Source: a virus | Lineage: Duplodnaviria > Heunggongvirae > Uroviricota > Caudoviricetes | Reading direction: 5' to 3' (one strand) | DNA: 36,815 nucleotides | Virus record (IMG/VR): IMGVR_UViG_2617270943_000002 | Coordinates: 1 to 36,815 of that record | Shown here: one piece after another, positions 27,554 through 36,815 of the stretch | How the letters are laid out: every line of letters starts with the position of its first letter | Numbering within the stretch: position 1 is the first letter of the stretch | The notes under the pieces: generated by a model | What the model saw: the letters and a program-made list of their open reading frames with translations, nothing else | What the model was told of the DNA's origin: nothing | The model's database searches: none | Program-made: the position numbers and the translations under genes

Positions 27554-28297
27554 ATGACAGAGACAGAATCAGCGATTCTGGCGCACGCCCGGCGATGTGC
27601 GCCAGCGGAGTCGTGCGGCTTCGTGGTGAGAACGCCGGAAGGGGAAAGATATTTTCCCTGCGTGAATATCTCCGGTGAGCCGGAGGCGTATTTCCGGATG
27701 TCGCCGGAGGACTGGCTGCGGGCAGAGATGCAGGGTGAGATTGTGGCGCTGGTCCACAGCCACCCCGGTGGTCTGCCCTGGCTGAGTGAGGCTGACCGGC
27801 GGCTGCAGGTGCAGAGTGATTTGCCGTGGTGGCTGGTCTGCCGGGGGACGATTCATAAGTTCCGCTGTGTGCCGCATCTCACCGGGCGGCGCTTTGAACA
27901 CGGGGTGACGGACTGTTACACGCTGTTCCGGGATGCTTATCATCTGGCGGGGATTGAGATGCCGGATTTTCATCGCGAGGATGACTGGTGGCGTCACGGT
28001 CAGAATCTCTATCTGGATAATCTGGAGGCCACAGGGCTGTATCAGGTGCCGTTGTCATCAGCACAACCGGGCGATGTGCTGCTGTGCTGTTTTGGTTCAT
28101 CGGTGCCGAATCATGCCGCCATTTACTGTGGTGATGGCGAGCTGCTGCACCATATTCCTGAACAACTGAGCAAACGAGAGAGGTATACCGACAAATGGCA
28201 GCGACGCACACACTCCCTCTGGCGTCACCGGGCATGGCGCGCATCTGCCTTTACGGGGATTTACAACGATTTGGCCGCCGCATCGACCTTCGTGTGA
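27554..28297 (+). CDS. K: Tail assembly protein K (JAB/MPN plus NlpC/P60-like domains)
   Basis: HSHPGG (JAB-type) motif and a downstream Cys/His region; lambda gpK-like; 3' end as given by the ORF track overlaps gene I. Confidence 0.85.
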   Translation: MTETESAILAHARRCAPAESCGFVVRTPEGERYFPCVNISGEPEAYFRMSPEDWLRAEMQGEIVALVHSHPGGLPWLSEADRRLQVQSDLPWWLVCRGTIHKFRCVPHLTGRRFEHGVTDCYTLFRDAYHLAGIEMPDFHREDDWWRHGQNLYLDNLEATGLYQVPLSSAQPGDVLLCCFGSSVPNHAAIYCGDGELLHHIPEQLSKRERYTDKWQRRTHSLWRHRAWRASAFTGIYNDLAAASTFV

Positions 28298-28866
28298 AAA
28301 CGGGGGCTGAAGCCATTCGGGCGCTGGCCACACAGCTCCCGGCGTTTCGTCAGAAACTGAGCGACGGCTGGTATCAGGTACGGATTGCCGGGCAGGATGT
28401 CAGCACGTCCGGATTAACGGCGCAGTTACATGAGACTCTGCCTGATGGCGCTGTGATTCATATTGTTCCCAGAGTCGCCGGGGCCAAGTCAGGTGGCGTA
28501 TTCCAGATTGTCCTGGGGGCTGCCGCCATTGCCGGATCATTCTTTACCGCCGGGGCCACCCTTGCAGCATGGGGGGCAGCCATTGGGGCCGGTGGTATGA
28601 CCGGCATCCTGTTTTCTTTCGGTGCCAGTATGGTGCTCGGTGGTGTGGCGCAGATGCTGGCACCGAAAGCCAGAACTCCCCGTACACAGACAACGGATAA
28701 CGGCAAACAGAACACCTATTTCTCCTCACTGGATAACATGGTTGCCCAGGGCAATGTTCTGCCGGTTCTGTACGGTGAAATGCGCGTGGGGTCGCGGGTG
28801 GTCTCTCAGGAGATCAGCACGGCAGACGAAGGGGATGGTGGTCAGGTTGTGGTGATTGGTCGCTGA
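28195..28866 (+). CDS. I: Tail assembly protein I
   Basis: 223 aa, lambda gpI-like with a Gly/Ala-rich hydrophobic centre; start may be at a downstream ATG (e.g. 28234). Confidence 0.8.
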   Translation: MAATHTLPLASPGMARICLYGDLQRFGRRIDLRVKTGAEAIRALATQLPAFRQKLSDGWYQVRIAGQDVSTSGLTAQLHETLPDGAVIHIVPRVAGAKSGGVFQIVLGAAAIAGSFFTAGATLAAWGAAIGAGGMTGILFSFGASMVLGGVAQMLAPKARTPRTQTTDNGKQNTYFSSLDNMVAQGNVLPVLYGEMRVGSRVVSQEISTADEGDGGQVVVIGR

Positions 28867-28884
28867 TGAAAAACGTTTATGTGA

Positions 28885-28904
28885 AACCGCCTCCGGGCGG
28901 TTTT
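28885..28904 (+). terminator. Weak hairpin (AAACCGCC-TCCG-GGCGGTTT) between I and J
   Basis: Stem read directly; short T-run; may be an RNA structure rather than a terminator. Confidence 0.3.
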
Positions 28905-28925
28905 GTCGTTTATGGAGCGTGAGGA

Positions 28926-31900
28926 ATGGGTAAAGGCAGCAGTAAGGGGCATACTCCGCGCGAAGCGAAGGACAACCTGAAGTCCACGCAGTTGCTGAGT
29001 GTGATCGATGCCATCAGCGAAGGGCCGGTTGAAGGTCCGGTGGATGGATTAAAAAGCGTGCTGCTGAACAGTACGCCAGTGCTGGACAGTGAGGGGAATA
29101 CCAATATCTCCGGCGTCACGGTGGTGTTCCGGGCCGGTGAGCAGGAGCAGACACCGCCGGAGGGATTTGAATCCTCCGGCTCCGAGACGGTGCTGGGTAC
29201 GGAAGTGAAATACGACACGCCGATCACCCGGACCATCACGTCGGCAAACATTGACCGACTGCGTTTTACCTTCGGCGTGCAGGCACTGGTGGAAACCACC
29301 TCAAAGGGGGACAGGAATCCGTCGGAAGTCCGCCTGCTGGTTCAGATCCAGCGTAATGGTGGCTGGGTGACGGAAAAAGACATCACCATTAAGGGCAAAA
29401 CCACCTCGCAGTATCTGGCCTCGGTGGTGGTGGGTAACCTGCCGCCGCGCCCGTTCAATATACGGATGCGCAGGATGACACCGGACAGCACCACAGACCA
29501 GCTGCAGAACAAAACGCTCTGGTCGTCATACACCGAAATCATCGATGTGAAACAGTGCTACCCGAACACGGCACTGGTCGGCGTGCAGGTGGATTCGGAG
29601 CAGTTCGGCAGCCAGCAGGTGAACCGTAATTATCATCTGCGCGGGCGCATTCTGCAGGTGCCGTCGAACTATAACCCGCAGACGCGGCAATACAGCGGTA
29701 TCTGGGACGGAACGTTTAAGCCAGCATACAGCAACAACATGGCCTGGTGTCTGTGGGATATGCTGACCCATCCGCGCTACGGCATGGGGAAACGTCTTGG
29801 TGCGGCGGATGTGGATAAATGGGCGCTGTATGTCATCGGCCAGTACTGTGACCAGTCGGTGCCGGACGGTTTTGGCGGCACGGAGCCGCGCATCACCTGT
29901 AATGCCTGGCTGACCACACAGCGCAAGGCGTGGGATGTGCTCAGTGATTTCTGCTCGGCGATGCGCTGTATGCCGGTATGGAACGGGCAGACGCTGACGT
30001 TCGTGCAGGACCGACCATCAGATAAGGTGTGGACCTATAACCGCAGTAATGTGGTGATGCCGGATGATGGCGCGCCATTCCGCTACAGCTTCAGCGCCCT
30101 GAAGGACCGCCATAATGCCGTTGAGGTGAACTGGATTGACCCGAATAACGGCTGGGAGACGGCGACAGAGCTTGTGGAGGACACGCAGGCCATTGCCCGT
30201 TACGGTCGTAACGTCACGAAGATGGATGCCTTTGGCTGTACCAGCCGGGGGCAGGCACATCGCGCCGGGCTGTGGCTGATTAAAACAGAACTGCTGGAAA
30301 CGCAGACCGTGGACTTCAGCGTGGGCGCAGAAGGGCTTCGCCATGTGCCGGGCGATGTCATTGAAATCTGTGATGATGACTATGCCGGTATCAGCATCGG
30401 CGGGCGCGTGCTGGCGGTAAACAGCCAGACCCGGACGCTGACGCTCGACCGTGAAATCACGCTGCCATCCTCCGGTACCACGCTGATAAGCCTGGTTGAC
30501 GGAAGTGGCAATCCGGTCAGCGTGGAGGTTCAGTCCGTCACCGACGGCGTGAAGGTGAAAGTGAGCCGTGTTCCTGACGGCGTTGCTGAATACAGCGTGT
30601 GGGGGCTGAAGCTGCCGACGCTGCGCCAGCGCCTGTTCCGCTGCGTGAGTATCCGTGAGAACGACGACGGCACGTATGCCATCACCGCCGTGCAGCATGT
30701 ACCGGAAAAAGAAGCCATCGTGGATAACGGGGCGCACTTTGACGGTAACCAGAGCGGCACGGTGAATGGTGTCACGCCGCCAGCGGTGCAGCACCTGACT
30801 GCCGAAGTCACCGCAGACAGCGGGGAATATCAGGTGCTGGCGCGCTGGGACACGCCGAAGGTGGTGAAGGGCGTGAGCTTCCTGCTCCGTCTGACCGTAA
30901 CAGCGGATGACGGCAGTGAGCGGCTGGTCAGCACGGCCCGGACGACGGAAACCACTTACCGCTTCACACAACTGGCGCTGGGGAACTACAGGCTGACAGT
31001 CCGGGCAGTAAATGCGTGGGGGCAGCAGGGCGATCCGGCGTCGGTATCGTTCCGGATTGCCGCACCGGCAGCGCCGTCGCGGATTGAGCTGACGCCGGGC
31101 TATTTTCAGATAACCGCCACGCCGCATCTTGCGGTTTATGATCCGACGGTACAGTTTGAGTTCTGGTTCTCGGAAAAGCGGATTGCGGATATCAGGCAGG
31201 TTGAAACCACAGCACGCTATCTTGGCACGGCGCTGTACTGGATAGCCGCCAGTATCAATATCGAACCGGGCCATGATTATTACTTTTATATCCGCAGTGT
31301 GAACACCGTTGGCAAATCGGCATTCGTGGAGGCTGTTGGTCAGCCGAGTGATGATGCATCCGGTTATCTGGATTTTTTCAAAGGCGAGATAGGGAAAACC
31401 CATCTGGCTCAGGAGCTGTGGACGCAGATTGATAACGGTCAGCTTGCGCCTGACCTGGCTGAAATCAGGACGTCCATTACGGATGTCAGCAATGAAATCA
31501 CGCAGACCGTCAATAAGAAACTGGAAGACCAGAGTGCGGCAATTCAGCAGATACAGAAGGTTCAGGTTGATACAAATAATAACCTGAACAGCATGTGGGC
31601 TGTGAAGCTGCAGCAGATGCAGGACGGACGCCTTTATATCGCGGGTATTGGTGCCGGTATTGAGAACACCCCTGACGGCATGCAGAGTCAGGTGCTGCTG
31701 GCGGCGGACAGGATTGCGATGGTTAATCCTGCGAATGGCAACACAAAACCGATGTTTGTTGGTCAGGGCGATCAGATATTCATGAACGACGTGTTCCTGA
31801 AACGCCTGACGGCCCCCACCATTACCAGCGGTGGAAATCCACCGGCATTTTCCCTGACTCCGGACGGAAAGCTGACCGCTAAAAATGCGGATATCAGTGG

Positions 31901-32423
31901 CAGTGTGAATGCGAACGCCGGGACGCTCAACAATGTCACGGTAAATGAAAACTGTACGATTAAGGGCATGCTGGAGGCGACTCAGGTCAGAGGTGACTTC
32001 GTTAAAGCTGTATCCAAATCATTTCCGAAACAGGCTGGTACGTGGGGTAACACGGAAACACCAAACGGGACGGTTACAGTCACCATAAGCGATGATCATA
32101 ACTTTGACCGTCAAATCATTATTCCGCCCATTATCTTTAACGGAATAGCGTATAGCGATCCGGGAAGTGGTAATAACCCGGGAGGTACAAGATACACGGG
32201 TTATGGTTTTGAAGTTCGCAAAAACGGTGTATTAATCGCATCCAGAGAAACTAAAGGGGCTATTCCCGGTAGCTACAGTGCGGTTATTGATATGCCGAGT
32301 GGCAGGGGAAGCGTCACTCTGGAGTTTAAGGTTTTCCATAAAGGCAATCAGTGGGCAGGTAATATCACCGACTGTACGGTGATTGTGACCAAAAAAGCCG
32401 CTTCCGGCATCAGTATTCGTTGA
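28926..32423 (+). CDS. J: Host specificity protein J (central tail fibre)
   Basis: 1165 aa, lambda gpJ-like throughout most of its length, with fibronectin-type repeats in the distal third. Confidence 0.9.
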   Translation: MGKGSSKGHTPREAKDNLKSTQLLSVIDAISEGPVEGPVDGLKSVLLNSTPVLDSEGNTNISGVTVVFRAGEQEQTPPEGFESSGSETVLGTEVKYDTPITRTITSANIDRLRFTFGVQALVETTSKGDRNPSEVRLLVQIQRNGGWVTEKDITIKGKTTSQYLASVVVGNLPPRPFNIRMRRMTPDSTTDQLQNKTLWSSYTEIIDVKQCYPNTALVGVQVDSEQFGSQQVNRNYHLRGRILQVPSNYNPQTRQYSGIWDGTFKPAYSNNMAWCLWDMLTHPRYGMGKRLGAADVDKWALYVIGQYCDQSVPDGFGGTEPRITCNAWLTTQRKAWDVLSDFCSAMRCMPVWNGQTLTFVQDRPSDKVWTYNRSNVVMPDDGAPFRYSFSALKDRHNAVEVNWIDPNNGWETATELVEDTQAIARYGRNVTKMDAFGCTSRGQAHRAGLWLIKTELLETQTVDFSVGAEGLRHVPGDVIEICDDDYAGISIGGRVLAVNSQTRTLTLDREITLPSSGTTLISLVDGSGNPVSVEVQSVTDGVKVKVSRVPDGVAEYSVWGLKLPTLRQRLFRCVSIRENDDGTYAITAVQHVPEKEAIVDNGAHFDGNQSGTVNGVTPPAVQHLTAEVTADSGEYQVLARWDTPKVVKGVSFLLRLTVTADDGSERLVSTARTTETTYRFTQLALGNYRLTVRAVNAWGQQGDPASVSFRIAAPAAPSRIELTPGYFQITATPHLAVYDPTVQFEFWFSEKRIADIRQVETTARYLGTALYWIAASINIEPGHDYYFYIRSVNTVGKSAFVEAVGQPSDDASGYLDFFKGEIGKTHLAQELWTQIDNGQLAPDLAEIRTSITDVSNEITQTVNKKLEDQSAAIQQIQKVQVDTNNNLNSMWAVKLQQMQDGRLYIAGIGAGIENTPDGMQSQVLLAADRIAMVNPANGNTKPMFVGQGDQIFMNDVFLKRLTAPTITSGGNPPAFSLTPDGKLTAKNADISGSVNANAGTLNNVTVNENCTIKGMLEATQVRGDFVKAVSKSFPKQAGTWGNTETPNGTVTVTISDDHNFDRQIIIPPIIFNGIAYSDPGSGNNPGGTRYTGYGFEVRKNGVLIASRETKGAIPGSYSAVIDMPSGRGSVTLEFKVFHKGNQWAGNITDCTVIVTKKAASGISIR

Positions 32424-32444
32424 AATTGTTATAACCCATATAAG

Positions 32445-32469
32445 GGCACCAGAAATGGTGCCTTTTTTA
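32445..32469 (+). terminator. Rho-independent terminator after J
   Basis: GGCACC-AGAAAT-GGTGCC followed by TTTTTTATT. Confidence 0.7.
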
Positions 32470-32492
32470 TTGCAGAAAAGCGAGAGGTAATT

Positions 32493-33092
32493 ATGCGTAA
32501 ACTTTATGCCGCCATTTTGTCCGCAGCCATTTGTCTGGCCGTATCCGGTGCGCCTGCATGGGCATCTGAACATCAGTCCACGCTGAGCGCGGGGTATCTT
32601 CATGCCTTGACGAACGTTCCCGGCAGCGATGATCTTAACGGGATTAACGTGAAATACCGTTATGAGTTTACGGACACACTGGGGCTGGTGACGTCATTCA
32701 GCTATGCAGGAGACAAGAATCGCCAGCTTACCCGTTACAGCGATACCCGCTGGCATGAAGATTCAGTGCGTAACCGCTGGTTCAGCGTGATGGCGGGGCC
32801 GTCTGTGCGCGTGAATGAATGGTTCAGCGCGTATGCGATGGCGGGTGTGGCTTACAGCCGTGTTTCGACTTTCTCCGGGGATTATCTCCGCGTAACTGAC
32901 AACAAGGGGAAAAAGCACGATGTGCTGACCGGAAGTGATGACGGTCGCCACAGCAACACGTCTCTGGCGTGGGGGGCTGGCGTGCAGTTTAACCCGACCG
33001 AATCCGTGGCCATTGATATTGCTTATGAAGGCTCCGGCAGTGGTGACTGGCGCACTGACGGTTTCATCGTGGGTGTCGGTTATAAATTCTGA
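32493..33092 (+). CDS. lom: Lom outer-membrane protein (Ail/Lom family beta-barrel)
   Basis: 199 aa with signal peptide; essentially colinear with lambda Lom; ends in aromatic C-terminal residue (YKF). Confidence 0.9.
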   Translation: MRKLYAAILSAAICLAVSGAPAWASEHQSTLSAGYLHALTNVPGSDDLNGINVKYRYEFTDTLGLVTSFSYAGDKNRQLTRYSDTRWHEDSVRNRWFSVMAGPSVRVNEWFSAYAMAGVAYSRVSTFSGDYLRVTDNKGKKHDVLTGSDDGRHSNTSLAWGAGVQFNPTESVAIDIAYEGSGSGDWRTDGFIVGVGYKF

Positions 33093-33120
33093 TTAGCCAG
33101 GTAACACAGTGTTATGACAG

Positions 33121-33146
33121 CCCGCCGGTTCAGGCGGGCTTTTTTG
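33121..33146 (+). terminator. Rho-independent terminator after lom
   Basis: CCCGCC-GGTTCA-GGCGGG followed by CTTTTTTGT. Confidence 0.65.
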
Positions 33147-33156
33147 TGGGGTGAAT

Positions 33157-36100
33157 ATGGCAGTAAAGATTTCAGGTGTACTGAAAGACGGCACAGGAAA
33201 ACCGGTACAGAACTGCACAATCCAGCTGAAAGCAAAACGTAACAGCACCACGGTGGTGGTGAACACGCTGGCCTCAGAAAATCCGGATGAAGCCGGGCGT
33301 TACAGTATGGACGTTGAGTACGGTCAGTACAGCGTTATTCTGTTGGTGGAAGGATTCCCGCCGTCACATGCCGGGACCATCACAGTGTATGAAGATTCCC
33401 GACCCGGTACGCTGAATGATTTTCTCGGTGCCATGACGGAGGATGATGCCCGTCCGGAGGCACTGCGCCGTTTTGAGCTGATGGTGGAAGAGGTGGCGCG
33501 TAACGCGTCCGTGGTGGCACAGAACACGGCAGCCGCGAAGAAGTCAGCCAGTGATGCCAGCACATCAGCCCGTGAGGCGGCAACCCATGCGACTGATGCT
33601 GCAGGCTCAGCACGCGCAGCCAGCACGTCAGCCGGACAGGCCGCGTCGTCGGCTCAGTCAGCGACTTCCAGCGCAGGAACGGCATCAACAAAGGCCACTG
33701 AAGCATCAAAAAGTGCTGCCGCTGCAGAGTCCTCAAAAAGCGCGGCAGCTACCAGTGCCAGTGCCGCGAAAACGTCAGAAACGAATGCTGCAGCGTCACA
33801 ACAATCAGCAGCCACTTCTGCATCCACCGCGACCACGAAAGCGTCAGAAGCTGCCACCTCAGCCCGGGATGCGGCGGCTTCAAAAGAGGCGGCAAAATCA
33901 TCAGAAACGAACGCATCCTCGAGCGCCAGTAGCGCAGCTTCCTCGGCAACAGCGGCAGGAAATTCCGCGAAGGCGGCAAAAACGTCAGAGACGAACGCCA
34001 GGTCTTCTGAAACGGCAGCGGGACAGAGCGCCTCGGCTGCGGCAGGCTCAAAAACAGCGGCTGCGTCGTCTGCCAGTGCAGCGTCAACAAGTGCCGGGCA
34101 GGCCTCAGCCAGTGCCACCGCCGCCGGAAAATCGGCAGAAAGCGCCGCATCGTCTGCTTCAACAGCCACAACGAAGGCTGGCGAAGCCACTGAACAGGCC
34201 AGCGCAGCAGCGAGGTCTGCTTCCGCAGCGAAGACATCCGAAACGAACGCGAAAGCGTCGGAAACCAGCGCAGAATCCTCAAAAACGGCTGCCGCATCGT
34301 CCGCCAGTTCGGCGTCGTCATCGGCATCATCTGCGTCTGCTTCAAAAGATGAGGCGACCAGACAGGCGTCAGCAGCGAAGGGTAGCGCCACGACGGCATC
34401 CACGAAGGCGACAGAGGCAGCTGGCAGTGCGACGGCAGCAGCTCAGAGCAAAAGTACGGCGGAATCTGCAGCAACGCGCGCTGAGACAGCGGCAAAACGG
34501 GCAGAGGATATTGCATCCGCCGTGGCGCTTGAGGATGCGAGCACGACGAAAAAGGGGATAGTACAGCTCAGCAGTGCGACCAACAGCACTTCCGAGTCAC
34601 TGGCGGCAACGCCAAAAGCCGTTAAGGCCGCGTATGACCTGGCTAACGGGAAATACACCGCACAGGATGCAACGACAGCACAGAAAGGGATAATCCAGCT
34701 AAGCAGCGCGACCAACAGCACGTCTGAAACGCTGGCGGCAACGCCAAAGGCAGTAAAAGCAGCCAATGACAATGCTGAGAAACGTCTGCAGAAAGATCAG
34801 AACGGTGCGGATATCCCAGGCAAAGACACCTTTACGAAAAATATTGGTGCCTGCCGTGCCTTCGGTGGGTCAGTAAGCACAACAACAGGAAACTGGACGA
34901 CTGCACAGTTTATCGAGTGGCTGGATTCTCAGGGAGCATTTAACCATCCCTACTGGATGTGCAAGGGTTCCTGGTCTTATGGCAATAATAAAATCATTAC
35001 TGATACTGGCTGCGGTAATATTCATCTCGCCGGAGCTGTCATTGAAGTAATGGGGATAAAGTCAGCGATGACGATCCGCATTACCACACCGACCACCTCC
35101 ACTGGTGGTGGAACAACTAACGCCCAGTTTACCTATATTAATCACGGAACAGATTATTCACCTGGCTGGCGAAGGGACTATAACTCCAGAAATAAGCCAA
35201 CGGCATCAGAGATCGGGGCGTTACCGTCAGGTGGAACAGCAGTATCATCAGTTAATCTGTCTTCAAAAGGTCGGGTAACCGCGCTGACAGACAATACGCA
35301 GGGGGCAACAGGTCTTGAGTTATACGAGGTGTATAACAACGGATATCCAACAGCGTATGGAAATATCATTCACCTGAAAGGGATGACAGCCGTTGGCGAA
35401 GGTGAGTTACTCATCGGCTGGAGTGGTACAAGCGGTGCTCATGCTCCGGCATTTATTCGTTCACGACGGGATACGACCGACGCAAACTGGTCGCCGTGGG
35501 CGCAGCTTTACACCTCGGCTCATCCTCCTGCAGAGTTTTATCCAGTCGGTGCACCAATCCCGTGGCCATCAGATACCGTTCCGTCTGGTTATGCCCTGAT
35601 GCAGGGGCAGACTTTTGACAAATCTGCATACCCGAAACTTGCAGCCGCTTATCCGTCAGGCGTGATCCCTGATATGCGTGGCTGGACGATTAAGGGCAAA
35701 CCTGCCAGTGGTCGCGCCGTATTGTCTCAGGAACAGGACGGCATTAAATCGCACACCCACAGCGCCAGCGCATCCAGTACGGATTTGGGGACGAAAACCA
35801 CATCGTCGTTTGATTACGGAACCAAATCCACGAATAACACCGGGGCGCATACCCATAGTATTAGCGGGACCGCAAATAGTGCCGGTGCGCACCAACACAA
35901 GAGTTCCGGTGCATTTGGTGGCACGAACACGAGCATTTTTCCTAATGGTTATACTGCGATTTCAAATCTAAGCGCGGGGATTATGAGCACAACAAGCGGT
36001 ACTGGCCAGACTCGTAATGCAGGGAAGACATCATCAGATGGTGCTCATACCCACTCACTGTCCGGCACTGCTGCAAGCGCAGGTGCACACGCACATACTG

Positions 36101-36231
36101 TCGGTATTGGTGCTCATACGCACTCCGTTGCGATTGGTTCACATGGACACACCATCACCGTTAACGCTGCTGGTAACGCGGAAAACACCGTCAAAAACAT
36201 CGCATTTAACTATATTGTGAGGCTTGCATAA
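33157..36231 (+). CDS. stf: Side tail fibre protein Stf (mosaic; extended Ala/Ser-rich shaft and His-rich distal tip)
   Basis: N-terminus [80 protein letters not shown] and C-terminal ...[29 protein letters not shown] are lambda-Stf-like; ATG 33157 (GTG 33151 also possible). Confidence 0.85.
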   Translation: MAVKISGVLKDGTGKPVQNCTIQLKAKRNSTTVVVNTLASENPDEAGRYSMDVEYGQYSVILLVEGFPPSHAGTITVYEDSRPGTLNDFLGAMTEDDARPEALRRFELMVEEVARNASVVAQNTAAAKKSASDASTSAREAATHATDAAGSARAASTSAGQAASSAQSATSSAGTASTKATEASKSAAAAESSKSAAATSASAAKTSETNAAASQQSAATSASTATTKASEAATSARDAAASKEAAKSSETNASSSASSAASSATAAGNSAKAAKTSETNARSSETAAGQSASAAAGSKTAAASSASAASTSAGQASASATAAGKSAESAASSASTATTKAGEATEQASAAARSASAAKTSETNAKASETSAESSKTAAASSASSASSSASSASASKDEATRQASAAKGSATTASTKATEAAGSATAAAQSKSTAESAATRAETAAKRAEDIASAVALEDASTTKKGIVQLSSATNSTSESLAATPKAVKAAYDLANGKYTAQDATTAQKGIIQLSSATNSTSETLAATPKAVKAANDNAEKRLQKDQNGADIPGKDTFTKNIGACRAFGGSVSTTTGNWTTAQFIEWLDSQGAFNHPYWMCKGSWSYGNNKIITDTGCGNIHLAGAVIEVMGIKSAMTIRITTPTTSTGGGTTNAQFTYINHGTDYSPGWRRDYNSRNKPTASEIGALPSGGTAVSSVNLSSKGRVTALTDNTQGATGLELYEVYNNGYPTAYGNIIHLKGMTAVGEGELLIGWSGTSGAHAPAFIRSRRDTTDANWSPWAQLYTSAHPPAEFYPVGAPIPWPSDTVPSGYALMQGQTFDKSAYPKLAAAYPSGVIPDMRGWTIKGKPASGRAVLSQEQDGIKSHTHSASASSTDLGTKTTSSFDYGTKSTNNTGAHTHSISGTANSAGAHQHKSSGAFGGTNTSIFPNGYTAISNLSAGIMSTTSGTGQTRNAGKTSSDGAHTHSLSGTAASAGAHAHTVGIGAHTHSVAIGSHGHTITVNAAGNAENTVKNIAFNYIVRLA
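34552..34780 (+). repeat. Direct duplication of about 100 bp (129-bp period) within stf, encoding two copies of the motif KGI(V/I)[11 protein letters not shown](S/T)[11 protein letters not shown]
   Basis: Two near-identical DNA segments starting near 34552 and 34681. Confidence 0.8.
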
Positions 36232-36815
36232 TGGCATTCAGAATGAGTGAACAACCACGGACCATAAAAATTTATAATCTGCTGGCCGGAACTAATGAAT
36301 TTATTGGTGAAGGTGACGCATATATTCCGCCTCATACAGGTCTGCCAGCAAACAGTACCGATATTGCACCGCCAGATATTCCGGCTGGCTTCGTGGCTGT
36401 TTTCAACAGTGATGAGTCATCGTGGCATCTCGTTGAAGATCATCGGGGTAAAACGGTTTATGACGTGGCTTCCGGCAACGCGTTATTTATTTCTGAACTC
36501 GGTCCGTTACCGGAAAATGTTACTTGGTTATCGCCGGAAGGGGAGTTTCAGAAGTGGAACGGCACAGCCTGGGTGAAAGATGCAGAAGCAGAAAAACTAT
36601 TCCGGATCCGGGAGGCGGAAGAAACAAAAAACAGCCTGATGCAGGTAGCCAGTGAGCATATAGCGCCACTTCAGGATGCTGTAGATCTGGAGATCGCAAC
36701 GGAGGAAGAAACCTCATTGCTGGAAGCCTGGAAAAAATATCGGGTGTTGCTGAACCGTGTTAATACAACAACTGCACCGGATATTGAATGGCCAACAGTA
36801 CCCATTATCGAATAG
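36231..36815 (+). CDS. tfa: Tail fibre assembly protein Tfa
   Basis: 194 aa, lambda Tfa-like ([58 protein letters not shown]...); start overlaps the stf stop. Confidence 0.9.
   Translation: MAFRMSEQPRTIKIYNLLAGTNEFIGEGDAYIPPHTGLPANSTDIAPPDIPAGFVAVFNSDESSWHLVEDHRGKTVYDVASGNALFISELGPLPENVTWLSPEGEFQKWNGTAWVKDAEAEKLFRIREAEETKNSLMQVASEHIAPLQDAVDLEIATEEETSLLEAWKKYRVLLNRVNTTTAPDIEWPTVPIIE

Larger units (their letters stand above)
1..36815. mobile_element. Lambdoid prophage (mosaic: P4-type integrase, phage-21-type lysis cassette, HK97-type head genes, lambda-type tail genes); att sites not visible within the window
   Basis: Continuous phage gene order int - xis - early-left operon - cI - cro - O-like - rusA - Q - lysis - cos - terminase - portal - capsid - tail - lom - stf - tfa; the window starts at the int start codon and ends at the tfa stop codon. 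Confidence 0.9.

Noticed and set aside
30018-31403. Long antisense ORF (461 aa) on the minus strand inside gene J
   Set aside because: The plus-strand frame encodes a full-length lambda-J-like protein; the antisense ORF is a by-product of high GC content and lacks RBS or motif support.
33324-34772. Multiple overlapping ORFs on both strands (100-336 aa) within the Ala/Ser-rich part of stf
   Set aside because: Artefacts of the GC-rich, repetitive GCN/AGC codon array; only the plus-strand Stf frame has phage-homolog ends and a sensible start/stop context.
1-36815. CRISPR arrays, tRNA/rRNA genes, IS elements
   Set aside because: No regularly spaced direct repeats with unique spacers, no cloverleaf-forming tRNA-like segments, and no transposase-like ORFs or terminal inverted repeats were seen; the only repeats are the ori iterons, the stf duplication and a short microsatellite.

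Overview
This window is an almost end-to-end view of a mosaic lambdoid prophage, most likely from an E. coli/Shigella-type host (identifications are from reading the translations and sequence motifs; no database search was run). Left to right: a P4-like tyrosine integrase (+), a large AT-rich cargo gene encoding a dsRBD-like plus HNH-nuclease protein (+), then a leftward early operon on the minus strand (AlpA-type Xis, DUF551 proteins, HD-domain hydrolase, DUF2303-like protein) ending at a CI-type repressor with flanking operator palindromes. Rightward follow a Cro-like gene, an O-like replication initiator containing 15-bp iterons (putative ori), a PerC-like protein, a LexA-DNA-binding-domain-only protein, RusA, a KilA-N protein, a DUF968 protein and antiterminator Q. 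Between Q and the lysis cassette sits a second AT-rich insertion on the opposite strand: a two-gene operon (308-aa soluble protein plus 182-aa 4-TM membrane protein) with no recognisable family, which I consider the best candidate for an undescribed exclusion/defense module. Downstream are a DPPY DNA methyltransferase, a phage-21-type lysis cassette (pinholin, SAR endolysin, Rz/Rz1), a cos-like site, terminase small and large subunits, gpW, portal, a ClpP-protease/major-capsid fusion, and then lambda-type tail genes M, L, K, I, J, lom, stf, tfa. The tail tube, tail chaperone and nearly all of the tape-measure gene are missing; only an out-of-frame C-terminal remnant of the tape measure remains, so the prophage is probably defective for virion production.
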